Shown here: piece after piece, positions 18,940 to 26,545 of the stretch
How positions within the stretch are numbered: position 1 is the first letter of the stretch
Layout of the letters: each line of letters opens with the position of its first letter
Source of the DNA: an uncultured Acidobacteriaceae bacterium
GTDB lineage: Bacteria; Acidobacteriota; Terriglobia; Terriglobales; Acidobacteriaceae
NCBI GenBank assembly: GCA_963774255.1
Contig: CAVZEH010000024.1
Location: 59,610-123,609, forward strand
Direction: 5' to 3'
DNA length: 64,000 nucleotides
The notes under the pieces: model-generated
Told to the model about the DNA's origin: nothing
Database searches by the model: none
Seen by the model: the letters and a program-made list of their open reading frames with translations, nothing else
Translations under genes and position numbers: made by a program

Positions 18940-19575
18940 TCAGTTCGTTCCAGCCAGCTGCTGTTCCGGCAGCAATGTGAACAGCTCCTTTGCTGTCGAC
19001 ATCAAATCGATCTTCGGCTTCAATGAATAACCCTGACGGCCATGCTGGATGATCAAATCCTGTTGCCTCATCCATGCCAGACAGAGATAAACCTGGTAAC
19101 TCGGAATTTCACTGCCGTCGCGAGAGTTCTTAAGGGGCATGATTGCCTCTACCACGAAGCGATTTTTCCGGACCGCAGCCGACGAAAGAGCGGTTACCAC
19201 ATCTATGAGGACGCCGAAAGGAGCCTTGTGCTCGTACTCGCCCTTCCGGCCCTTTGACCAACCGACTTTTACAAGTGCCTCTCCGTTCCGACAAAACTTT
19301 GGATATTCGTTAGCGCGACGCGTTTTCCGCGGCGTGGGAGATGATTGCGGGATATGCAAAAGCTCATTGGTCAAAGCGTGCACATGAAGCGCAGCCGCCG
19401 TCTCAGCGGGGGCCTTTTTCTCAATTTCGGACCGAAGATCCGCAAGGCTGCGCGCCCATCCCGCAAGCTCGACGATCAGGCCATAATCACCGCCGGTGGC
19501 TGTCTCCGCCAGCAGCTTCTTGAGATTGTTTTCGGCATCGCCAACAATGCGGGATGCTTCACCTATTGCATTCAT
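18940..19575 (-). CDS. Hypothetical protein A (first gene of the GHKL module)
   Basis: The ORF opens at 19599 (GTG), but a promoter-like element overlaps that codon. The ATG at 19575 gives MNAIGEASRIVGDAENNLKKLL... (211 aa). No assignable motif. The C-terminal part might be winged-helix-like, which is speculative. Confidence 0.55.
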   Translation of the reverse strand: MNAIGEASRIVGDAENNLKKLLAETATGGDYGLIVELAGWARSLADLRSEIEKKAPAETAAALHVHALTNELLHIPQSSPTPRKTRRANEYPKFCRNGEALVKVGWSKGRKGEYEHKAPFGVLIDVVTALSSAAVRKNRFVVEAIMPLKNSRDGSEIPSYQVYLCLAWMRQQDLIIQHGRQGYSLKPKIDLMSTAKELFTLLPEQQLAGTN

Positions 19576-19588
19576 AAAGTATAAAAAC

Positions 19589-19616
19589 AATATAACCACA
19601 ATACAGATACTGTCAA
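19589..19616 (-). promoter_or_regulatory. Sigma70-like promoter for the five-ORF GHKL module
   Basis: The minus strand reads TTGACA (19616-19611), a 16-nt spacer, then TATATT (19594-19589). It sits 13 nt upstream of the ATG at 19575, in an AT-rich patch of the dcm-A gap. Confidence 0.35.
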
Positions 19617-19772
19617 GCTTTTTTCTCCTTGTCCTTGCGCTACTTTCTGTGAACGATCAGTTTCGGCAGGCAGATAGCCGCCATAAGGCGCCCTTACCGG
19701 GGAGCCAATAGCATCTTCGAAAGGTAGGAGCAACATTCAGGTGATGGAACAATCTGGCCGACAAGGACGTCG

Positions 19773-21407
19773 TTAGCGTGAACCGAGCTCTGCGGATTGG
19801 TTATTAACTGGTTCGGGATCAAATACCAATGGCAATCTCTGTTGATCGGGAGTCCCGTAGCAGGCAGTCGCCACTTGTTCCACAACACGGGCGATTTGCG
19901 TTGCAAGAAGCGGCGGAACAGCGTTTCCAACCTGGATGTATTGTTCTGTGCGGCTTCCGCAAAACATATAGTTGTCAGGGAATGTTTGTAGCCGCGCAGC
20001 CTCACGAACGGTCAGGCTTCTGCACTGCTTTTCATCGTAATGGATATAGTAATGCCCGTCTTTAGCGATATGACTCGTGATAGTTGTCGCGGGCTTGTCG
20101 CCCAACTGCACCCTAAACCTGTCATCAAAATACTCCTGCTTCTTCTCGTCAAGGACGTTCTTATGCTTGGGAAGTAAGCCGGAAGGAAAATCGCGTAGCT
20201 CTGGTGAGATTTTCAGCAATTTTGCATATGACGCTGCATACAGGTATCTGTAAAGGTCCTCAACCATGTGAGGCCTGCTCGAATGATTGCACACCCCGTT
20301 TAGTCGCTTGTCACAATACCACCTTGACTTGTATCTCGAAGTTGCCTGGTATGACAGAAACTCGCCACCTCGCCCAAAACGTGGAATCTTAAGATGTTTA
20401 AGGATCCAACGGATCTCAGCCCTGAGAATGCTCCCGTTGCCATTAGGAATATCATCAAGGATGCCATCTTCCCTAATGCCGTTGAGGGCCCGACGCCACT
20501 CGTCCTTTCCATCGTTCGTACGCGATAGCCCGCTGCGCAGTCGTGGCAGACCCGAAAGTACTTCCGATGCGCTTATATGCCGTTCGTAAGTTTGGAGTAT
20601 AGGTATACGGGCTGGCGCAAGATCACTTCGCACCCCGATTAGGATTATGCGGTGTCGTGACTGCGGAATCCCAAAATCCTCGCACTTAATTATGAAATCG
20701 CAAGAATCGTATTCGGAACGGCCGTCTTCCGTGCGCGCTTTTGACTGAGCAGTTAGAGGGAAGAGATGATACCGGACTGGAGTACCGGCACCCGTGGCTT
20801 CGTGGGGTGCCGTCAGGTCACTCAGAATCTGACGAAATATTCCTTGTTTCCCAAGCTTCGAAGACAACAAGCCTTTGACATTTTCGAAGACAAAGATCGA
20901 TGGACGATGTTCGGCAAGTATCCGAAGGTACTCCTTATACAGAAAGACGCGGTGGTCGTTCGGATCAATTCCTCCATTCCGTGAACGTCCGATAAGGGAA
21001 TAGGCTTGGCATGGCGGTCCGCCACAAAGAATCCAACTAGATGATCCAGAGATTGCCGCACGAATCTTGTCGTCTGCCTTTTTTGGGTCCACCTTGCCAA
21101 GTTCTGCGTTCCACGACTCTGATCGGGCCGCCGCGGCCGCAACCGCATGCTTTTTGAAGAGCTGATCACGCGATAGCCGGCCTTGCAGGTGGAGGTAGTA
21201 ATCTTCGGGTACGTCAGAGGAGCGGAACTGACGGAAAAAACTCCGCAGTTCGAGCGTTTGGTGAGCAGCTTGGTCCTTCTCAATTGAAAGAACAATCTTA
21301 AAGGCAGGCTCTCCTGAACCACGGCGAACCGAAGAAAATCCTTCTCCGAGACCGCCTGGACCTGCGAATAAATCGACAAGAGGTATCGGCTTAATCTTTC
21401 TTTGCAT
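19773..21407 (-). CDS. dcm: DNA (cytosine-5)-methyltransferase
   Basis: Canonical motifs in order: DLFAGPGGLGEGF (I), GGPPCQAYS (IV), ENVKGLLS (VI), QSRHRIILIGV (VIII), REAARLQTFPDNY (IX), QVGNAVPPLLA (X). A long variable region lies between VIII and IX. Confidence 0.9.
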   Translation of the reverse strand: MQRKIKPIPLVDLFAGPGGLGEGFSSVRRGSGEPAFKIVLSIEKDQAAHQTLELRSFFRQFRSSDVPEDYYLHLQGRLSRDQLFKKHAVAAAAARSESWNAELGKVDPKKADDKIRAAISGSSSWILCGGPPCQAYSLIGRSRNGGIDPNDHRVFLYKEYLRILAEHRPSIFVFENVKGLLSSKLGKQGIFRQILSDLTAPHEATGAGTPVRYHLFPLTAQSKARTEDGRSEYDSCDFIIKCEDFGIPQSRHRIILIGVRSDLAPARIPILQTYERHISASEVLSGLPRLRSGLSRTNDGKDEWRRALNGIREDGILDDIPNGNGSILRAEIRWILKHLKIPRFGRGGEFLSYQATSRYKSRWYCDKRLNGVCNHSSRPHMVEDLYRYLYAASYAKLLKISPELRDFPSGLLPKHKNVLDEKKQEYFDDRFRVQLGDKPATTITSHIAKDGHYYIHYDEKQCRSLTVREAARLQTFPDNYMFCGSRTEQYIQVGNAVPPLLATQIARVVEQVATACYGTPDQQRLPLVFDPEPVNNQSAELGSR

Positions 21408-21810
21408 TGTTCAGGGATTGACAGAGTTTTTTCAGAAGTTCCGTTTCATTGTCCAGTTCACATTCCCAAACCACAATCACATTCCACCCCAGCTTCCTGA
21501 GTTTACGAGCATTATTCCGATCCCGTTCCACATTACCTAAAAGCTTATTGGCCCAAAATTCCGGTCTGCTTTTCGGTAACACACCGTTAGAGCATTTGGG
21601 GTGATGATGCCAGAAGCAGCCGTGCACAAAAAGTGCCGTATGAAATCGGGGCAACACAATATCGGGCTTTCCTGCCAGATCTTTACGGTGCAAGGAGAAG
21701 CGAAAACCTTGCCGATGTAGCAAGGAACGCACACGCCTCTCTGGAGAAGTGTCTTTGCCTCTGATTCGACCCATGTTCCAACTGCGTCGCCCTGGTGTTA
21801 AACGATCCAT
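21391..21810 (-). CDS. vsr: Very short patch repair endonuclease
   Basis: 139 aa with RSWNMGRIRGKDTSPE, KPDIVLPRFHTALFVHGCFWHHH and IVVWECEL. It overlaps dcm by 17 nt. Confidence 0.9.
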   Translation of the reverse strand: MDRLTPGRRSWNMGRIRGKDTSPERRVRSLLHRQGFRFSLHRKDLAGKPDIVLPRFHTALFVHGCFWHHHPKCSNGVLPKSRPEFWANKLLGNVERDRNNARKLRKLGWNVIVVWECELDNETELLKKLCQSLNNAKKD

Positions 21811-22192
21811 ATAGAAACTCCAGAGTCAGACAGGTGGATTTTCTGTAGATCAAGATCATGCCAGATCTTGCTGGACGATGTTGCTGATACTGCACACGGT
21901 GACTTTTGTCCGATAACTTTTCTTTTAGCGGTCTCCAAATCGCCTGGGACAGTCAACCAAACTCTAAGTATAGGAGACGTGCCCTCCTGTTTGTCAGAGA
22001 GAAATTCCGAGGTCGCCCTCCGTTGTTTGGCATCGAACTGGTTCGTGTCCGGCCCCTGATGAACTGTGTGGTCATGCGCGTTTGTTATCTCTACGGCGGA
22101 GGTTCTGGTGACATCATGACAAAGCCGTTTGTGAGCGGTCCCACGCTATCCGCATAGATGCGGGCATCAATCGGTGCTTGTGAGATCGTTGG

Positions 22193-22507
22193 TTACGCTC
22201 CTATCGATAAAACAAGGACGCGCTCCGTATCTAGTACCAGAAAACTGTGACGGGTCACGACATAGCCGTAATCGAAGTGACGCATCAGGTTCCCCTCGAA
22301 ATGAGACGGATTTGCCGTTGTCCATGCGAACGACGAGCTGCCCGCGTTGGCTGATCCGCTCGATGGTGCCGAGGTCGCGGTCGCCGACACCGATAACGCG
22401 TTGGGCTTGACCACGCCCGCGCTCCGCGTAATTCTTGTATCACGCGATCGACAGCTCCGTACTGCGTGGCATTGACATGCTGGCGGATATCGGTGAGTGC
22501 GATGCAT
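22193..22507 (-). pseudogene. Remnant of a conjugative relaxase/helicase (TraA/TrwC-like C-terminal region)
   Basis: Pieces in two minus-strand frames: RVIGVGDRDLGTIERISQRGQLVVRMDNGKSVSF and NLMRHFDYGYVVTRHSFLVLDTERVLVLS. They resemble the ...RHLDHGYA.T.H..QG.T.DRVLV region of MobA/TraA-type relaxase helicases. No intact ORF. Confidence 0.4.
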
Positions 22508-22905
22508 CCCGAATCAGCATGATCTGCGGCGCCTGACTCTGTCCTGCTGCATCCGGCGAATTACCCTATGCTTCGGCGTGAATAGTCTCCGCTTTGGTGA
22601 ACTGCCGCCCCGCCTCATGCTTCTGTTCCTGATATCGTGTGGAACTCGTCGGACGCAAAACTCTGGTACTGGTCCTTCTCCATCTCCGCGGCTCTCAAAG
22701 CTGCCGGGATTGCAGGCAAGGTGGGCTGGCATACCTTCCGTCATTCTTTCGCGACGATTCTGAAGTCGCATGGCGAAGATGTGAAGACGGTGCAGGATCT
22801 GCTACGGCATGCCAATGCAAGCGTGACCACCTCTACGCGCAGGCGGTGACCGATATCAAGCGCAGCGCGCAGAGCAAGGTGGCGAGACTGGTTTTTCAAG
22901 TCTGA
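22497..22905 (+). pseudogene. Tyrosine integrase, C-terminal remnant with frameshifts
   Basis: GWHTFRHSFATILKSHGEDVKTVQDLLRHANASVTT in one frame continues as LYAQAVTDIKRSAQSKVARLV in another. The N-terminal two-thirds of an integrase is missing. It sits 92 nt from the tRNA 3' end. Confidence 0.7.
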
Positions 22906-22996
22906 GAAGAACCCCGAGGAAGAGTGAAAAATCCTTATTGGACCTTTTTGGACCGGCGGCGAAATTGGGAATTTAGGCTAACTCTTTTGTTCTATT

Positions 22997-23074
22997 TGGC
23001 GTCCCCGACGGGATTTGAACCCGTGTTATCGCCGTGAAAGGGCGGTGTCCTAGGCCGGGCTAGACGACGGGGAC
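22997..23074 (-). tRNA. tRNA-Glu (anticodon UUC)
   Basis: The reverse complement GTCCCCGTCGTCTAGCCCGGCCTAGGACACCGCCCTTTCACGGCGATAACACGGGTTCAAATCCCGTCGGGGACGCCA is very similar to E. coli tRNA-Glu. Acceptor stem GTCCCCG/CGGGGAC, anticodon loop CUUUCAC, T-arm ACGGG-TTCAAAT-CCCGT, encoded CCA. Confidence 0.9.
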
Positions 23075-23206
23075 GCTGGAGTGACCCAACCGGCGAGGCT
23101 GCCGGCGATGGAAAAAGGGCCAGCCCTCAATCTATCAACTCGAAAAACAGGTGTCAAAAGACAGCGGCGTGCTCTTTATCTCCGTTCCCCAAGCTACGCT
23201 GTTGCT

Positions 23207-23893
23207 ATGCGCCCCTACAAGTATCTGGATACGCTCATTCTCGGATTTGTGGTTGTACTGCTGGTATCGAATCTGGTTGCGCAAAAAATCTGCCGTTTCG
23301 GGCCGGTCGCCATCAGCGGCGCTCAACTTCTCTTCCCTATCACCTATATATGTGGAGACGTCTTCACCGAAGTCTACGGCTATGCGGCTTCGCGACGGGC
23401 TATCTGGCTCGGCTTCTTTGCCTCCGCCCTCTTGAGCCTCATGGGCGCGATCGCCGTGGCGCTTCCTGCCGATCCCGGCTGGCACAACCAGGGCGCCTTC
23501 GCCACCGTTTTCGGCTTTGTGCCCAGATTTGTCGCCGCCAGCCTGGTGGCCTACTGGGCCGGGGAGTTCGCCAACTCCTTCACCATGGCCAAGCTCAAAA
23601 TCCTCACCCGGGGACGATGGCTATGGACGCGCACCATCGGCTCAACCGTAGTCGGGCAGGCCATCGACACCGTGCTGGTCGTCTCCATCGCCTTTGCTGG
23701 GACAATCTCCTGGACCACAATGGTCCGTCTGATGCTCTCCGCCTATCTCATCAAGGTGATCTATGAAACGCTGGCGACACCGCTCACTTACGCTGTCGTC
23801 CGCTGGCTCAAGCGCACCGAAGGGGTGGACGTCTTTGATAGAGAGACCAGCTTTAGTCCCTTCGCCCTCGGCATCGACCGTGCAAGCCTTTGA
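23207..23893 (+). CDS. yhhQ: Queuosine-precursor transporter (YhhQ/DUF165 family)
   Basis: MRPYKYLDTLILGFVVVLLVSNLVAQKI...FPITYICGDVFTEVYGY... polytopic membrane protein typical of the family. The ORF opens at 23081, but the family N-terminus begins at the ATG at 23207. Confidence 0.75.
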   Translation: MRPYKYLDTLILGFVVVLLVSNLVAQKICRFGPVAISGAQLLFPITYICGDVFTEVYGYAASRRAIWLGFFASALLSLMGAIAVALPADPGWHNQGAFATVFGFVPRFVAASLVAYWAGEFANSFTMAKLKILTRGRWLWTRTIGSTVVGQAIDTVLVVSIAFAGTISWTTMVRLMLSAYLIKVIYETLATPLTYAVVRWLKRTEGVDVFDRETSFSPFALGIDRASL

Positions 23894-23903
23894 TAAAGGA
23901 GAG

Positions 23904-24908
23904 ATGTTGTCCATGCCTGACTCAATGCGCGTTATAAAAGTGGCCTCCCCAGGCGGCCCGGAGACGCTCGTGCTGGCGACGGCCCCGGTCCCCCGGCCCG
24001 GCACGGGAGAGGTGCTCATCCGGGTGAAGGCCGCCGGAATCAATCACGCCGACCTGCTGCAGCGGCAGGGGCACTATCCGCCTCCCCCGGGAGCCTCTCC
24101 CATCCTGGGCATGGAGGTGTCGGGCCATATAACGGAGCTGGGCCCTGGTTACTCCGGCCGCTTGCAGGTAGGAGACGAGGTCCTCGCCCTGGTCGCCGGA
24201 GGCGGCTACGCCGAGTACTGCGCCGCTCCAGCCGGCCAATGCCTGCCCATCCCACAGGGCATTTCCTTGACTGAGGCCGCGGCCATTCCAGAAGCTGCCA
24301 TTACCGTATGGGCGAACCTGTTCGAGCCGCGGCGTCTCTTTGCCGGAGACTTGTTCCTGGTTCAGGGCGGCAGCAGCGGAGTCGGCGCCATGGTCATCCA
24401 AATCGCACGCTGCTTCGGCGCCCGCGTTGCCGCCACCGCGGGCAGCGACGGCAAATGCCGCTACGCCATGGAGATGGGCGCCGAACAGGCCTTCAATTAC
24501 CGCACGGGTGACTGGGTGGCGGAGACTGCGGGATGGTCCAGGCCGCACGGGGTCGATATCATCCTGGATATGGTTGGCGGCAGTTACTTTGCCAAGCACC
24601 TGGAGCTTTTGGCGCCGGGCGGCCGGCTGGTACAGATTGCTTTTTTGGGCGGCAGCCAGGCGGCCATCGACCTTCGCCTGGTGATGAGCAAACGCCTTCT
24701 GATTACCGGTTCCACGCTTCGCTCCCGGCCAGTCGCGGAAAAATCCCTGCTGGCAGCTGCGGTGGAGGAGCATCTTTGGCCTCTTTTCGAAGCTGGGCGC
24801 CTTCGTCCCCCGGTAACCAGAGTCTTTCCCCTAGCCCGAGCCGGCGAAGCTCATCGATTCATGGAATCCGGCGAGCATATGGGAAAGCTGGTGCTGGAGG
24901 TCGAATGA
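23904..24908 (+). CDS. NAD(P)H:quinone oxidoreductase (zinc-independent MDR family)
   Basis: Start MLSMPDSMRVIKVASPGGPETLVL follows AAGGAGAG. Also KAAGINHADLLQRQGHYPPPPGA and the nucleotide-binding VQGGSSGVGAMVIQIA. Confidence 0.8.
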   Translation: MLSMPDSMRVIKVASPGGPETLVLATAPVPRPGTGEVLIRVKAAGINHADLLQRQGHYPPPPGASPILGMEVSGHITELGPGYSGRLQVGDEVLALVAGGGYAEYCAAPAGQCLPIPQGISLTEAAAIPEAAITVWANLFEPRRLFAGDLFLVQGGSSGVGAMVIQIARCFGARVAATAGSDGKCRYAMEMGAEQAFNYRTGDWVAETAGWSRPHGVDIILDMVGGSYFAKHLELLAPGGRLVQIAFLGGSQAAIDLRLVMSKRLLITGSTLRSRPVAEKSLLAAAVEEHLWPLFEAGRLRPPVTRVFPLARAGEAHRFMESGEHMGKLVLEVE

Positions 24909-25173
24909 CGCTGAATATTCTGAAGCGACTTGCAATAGAGCATCATCCAAAGGACGCCATCAGAGGTCCCGTACTTTTAGCAGAGATGCCCGTTCTCAAT
25001 TAAAATGGGGTATTTTCTCTTTGCATTGTTGCTGTAATTTTGGCGTGGAAGGCCGGTTATACACAGACTGCGCGGAACTCCCTTCCATCTGGCTTGAAAA
25101 GGATTCATGATCGCCGCGGACTGCGTATCCGGGATGATTCCTGAACCTACACCATTTCTCCGAGGAATTCGTT

Positions 25174-26298
25174 TTGAGAACCCTTCGCCGCCGGTCCCAA
25201 CTGTATCTTCCCTGCAAGCTTGCAGCGCGCCATGCGCTCCCTTTGGCTCTGCTTCTTGCCTTCCCGCTGCTTACCGCCTGCGGGAAGTCGGCCGCGCCGC
25301 AAACTAGCGCAGCGCCACAGGCCATGCCGGTAAAAGTCGAAACGGTTGCGGCTGCCGCCGTTCCCCAATTCGATCAATACATCGCCACCATCAAGTCGCG
25401 GCGTTCAGCCACCATCAATCCTCAAGTGGATGGCAATCTCGTCAGGATCGTTGCTCATTCCGGAGATCGTGTGCGGGCCGGCCAGTTGCTCATGGAGATC
25501 GATCCCTCCAAGCAAGAGGCTACGGTGGCGTCCTCCAAGGCCACGGAACAGCAAAAACTCGCGGTTTACCAGTACAACCAGATCGAACTGGAACGGCAGC
25601 GCAAGCTCTTCGAGCAGGGCGTGACCAGCCGCGACGCCTTGGATCAAGCCGAGCAGGCTTATAAGAACTCCAAGGCCGATTACGACTCTACGACAGCCAC
25701 CACCGCCACCCAGCAAAGACAACTGGGGTATTACCGCATCGCCGCTCCCTTTGACGGAATCGTAGGCGATATCCCGGTCCACCTGGGAGACTACGTCTCT
25801 CCGACTACGCTGTTGACCACGGTGGATGAAAACCGCGACCTGGAAGCGTATATCTACATTCCGACAGAACGCGCCAGCTTGGTGCGCCGGGGCTTGAAAG
25901 TGGAACTTACCGACACTAGCGGCAAATTGCTCGATCGCACCGCGATCGATTTCGTCTCGCCCCAGGTCGATAACGGGCTGCAGGGAATATTGGCAAAAGC
26001 GCCGGTGCATGGAACACTGCTGCGCAACCAACAATTGGTGCAGGCTCGCGTGATCTGGACAACGCTGCCCAAGCCGGTGGTTCCAATCCTTGCAGTGTCG
26101 CGGCTGGGCGGCCAGACCTTCGTATACGTGGCCCAGAACCAGAATGGAAAATACTTTGCCCGGCAGCGGCCCATCACCGTGGGTGATGCCGTGGGCAATG
26201 ACTATTCCGTCTTGGATGGGTTACAAAATGGCGAAAAGGTCATCGTTTCAGGTACACAATTCCTGATGGACGGCGCACCTGTGCAGCCGTTGGGATAG
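25174..26298 (+). CDS. RND efflux periplasmic adaptor (membrane fusion protein)
   Basis: TTG start, lipobox LLTAC, coiled-coil hairpin region, C-terminal beta-barrel-like region. It lies upstream of the RND pump. Confidence 0.8.
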   Translation: MRTLRRRSQLYLPCKLAARHALPLALLLAFPLLTACGKSAAPQTSAAPQAMPVKVETVAAAAVPQFDQYIATIKSRRSATINPQVDGNLVRIVAHSGDRVRAGQLLMEIDPSKQEATVASSKATEQQKLAVYQYNQIELERQRKLFEQGVTSRDALDQAEQAYKNSKADYDSTTATTATQQRQLGYYRIAAPFDGIVGDIPVHLGDYVSPTTLLTTVDENRDLEAYIYIPTERASLVRRGLKVELTDTSGKLLDRTAIDFVSPQVDNGLQGILAKAPVHGTLLRNQQLVQARVIWTTLPKPVVPILAVSRLGGQTFVYVAQNQNGKYFARQRPITVGDAVGNDYSVLDGLQNGEKVIVSGTQFLMDGAPVQPLG

Positions 26299-26545
26299 AC
26301 CGTTTTCACTGTAGGCGTCCGGAGCAAAGTCTGCCGGCGCAGCTTTTCCGTTAAGAAAAGCTGCACATAACCTCTCGGAGAGGACACGGTAACAGTGAAA
26401 CGGGATAAGGGATTCCAGACAATTTTTACCACTTCCGTTCCTGTCCGGTCTGCCCTAGCCTTTTTGGCCGTTGCCGGGGAGCGGCGGCGGCCCACACTCA
26501 CGATAACCAGCAGCCGGATTCTGGTTCGCGAAAGGGAGTGTTACT

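Noticed and set aside
23077-23206. preQ1 riboswitch upstream of the yhhQ-like transporter
   Set aside because: YhhQ genes are often preQ1-regulated, so I looked. I found only a weak AGGG-CCAG-CCCT hairpin followed by ...CGAAAAACAGG. It lacks the compact P1 loop and the A-rich CUA tail spacing of preQ1-I. A cmscan would settle it.
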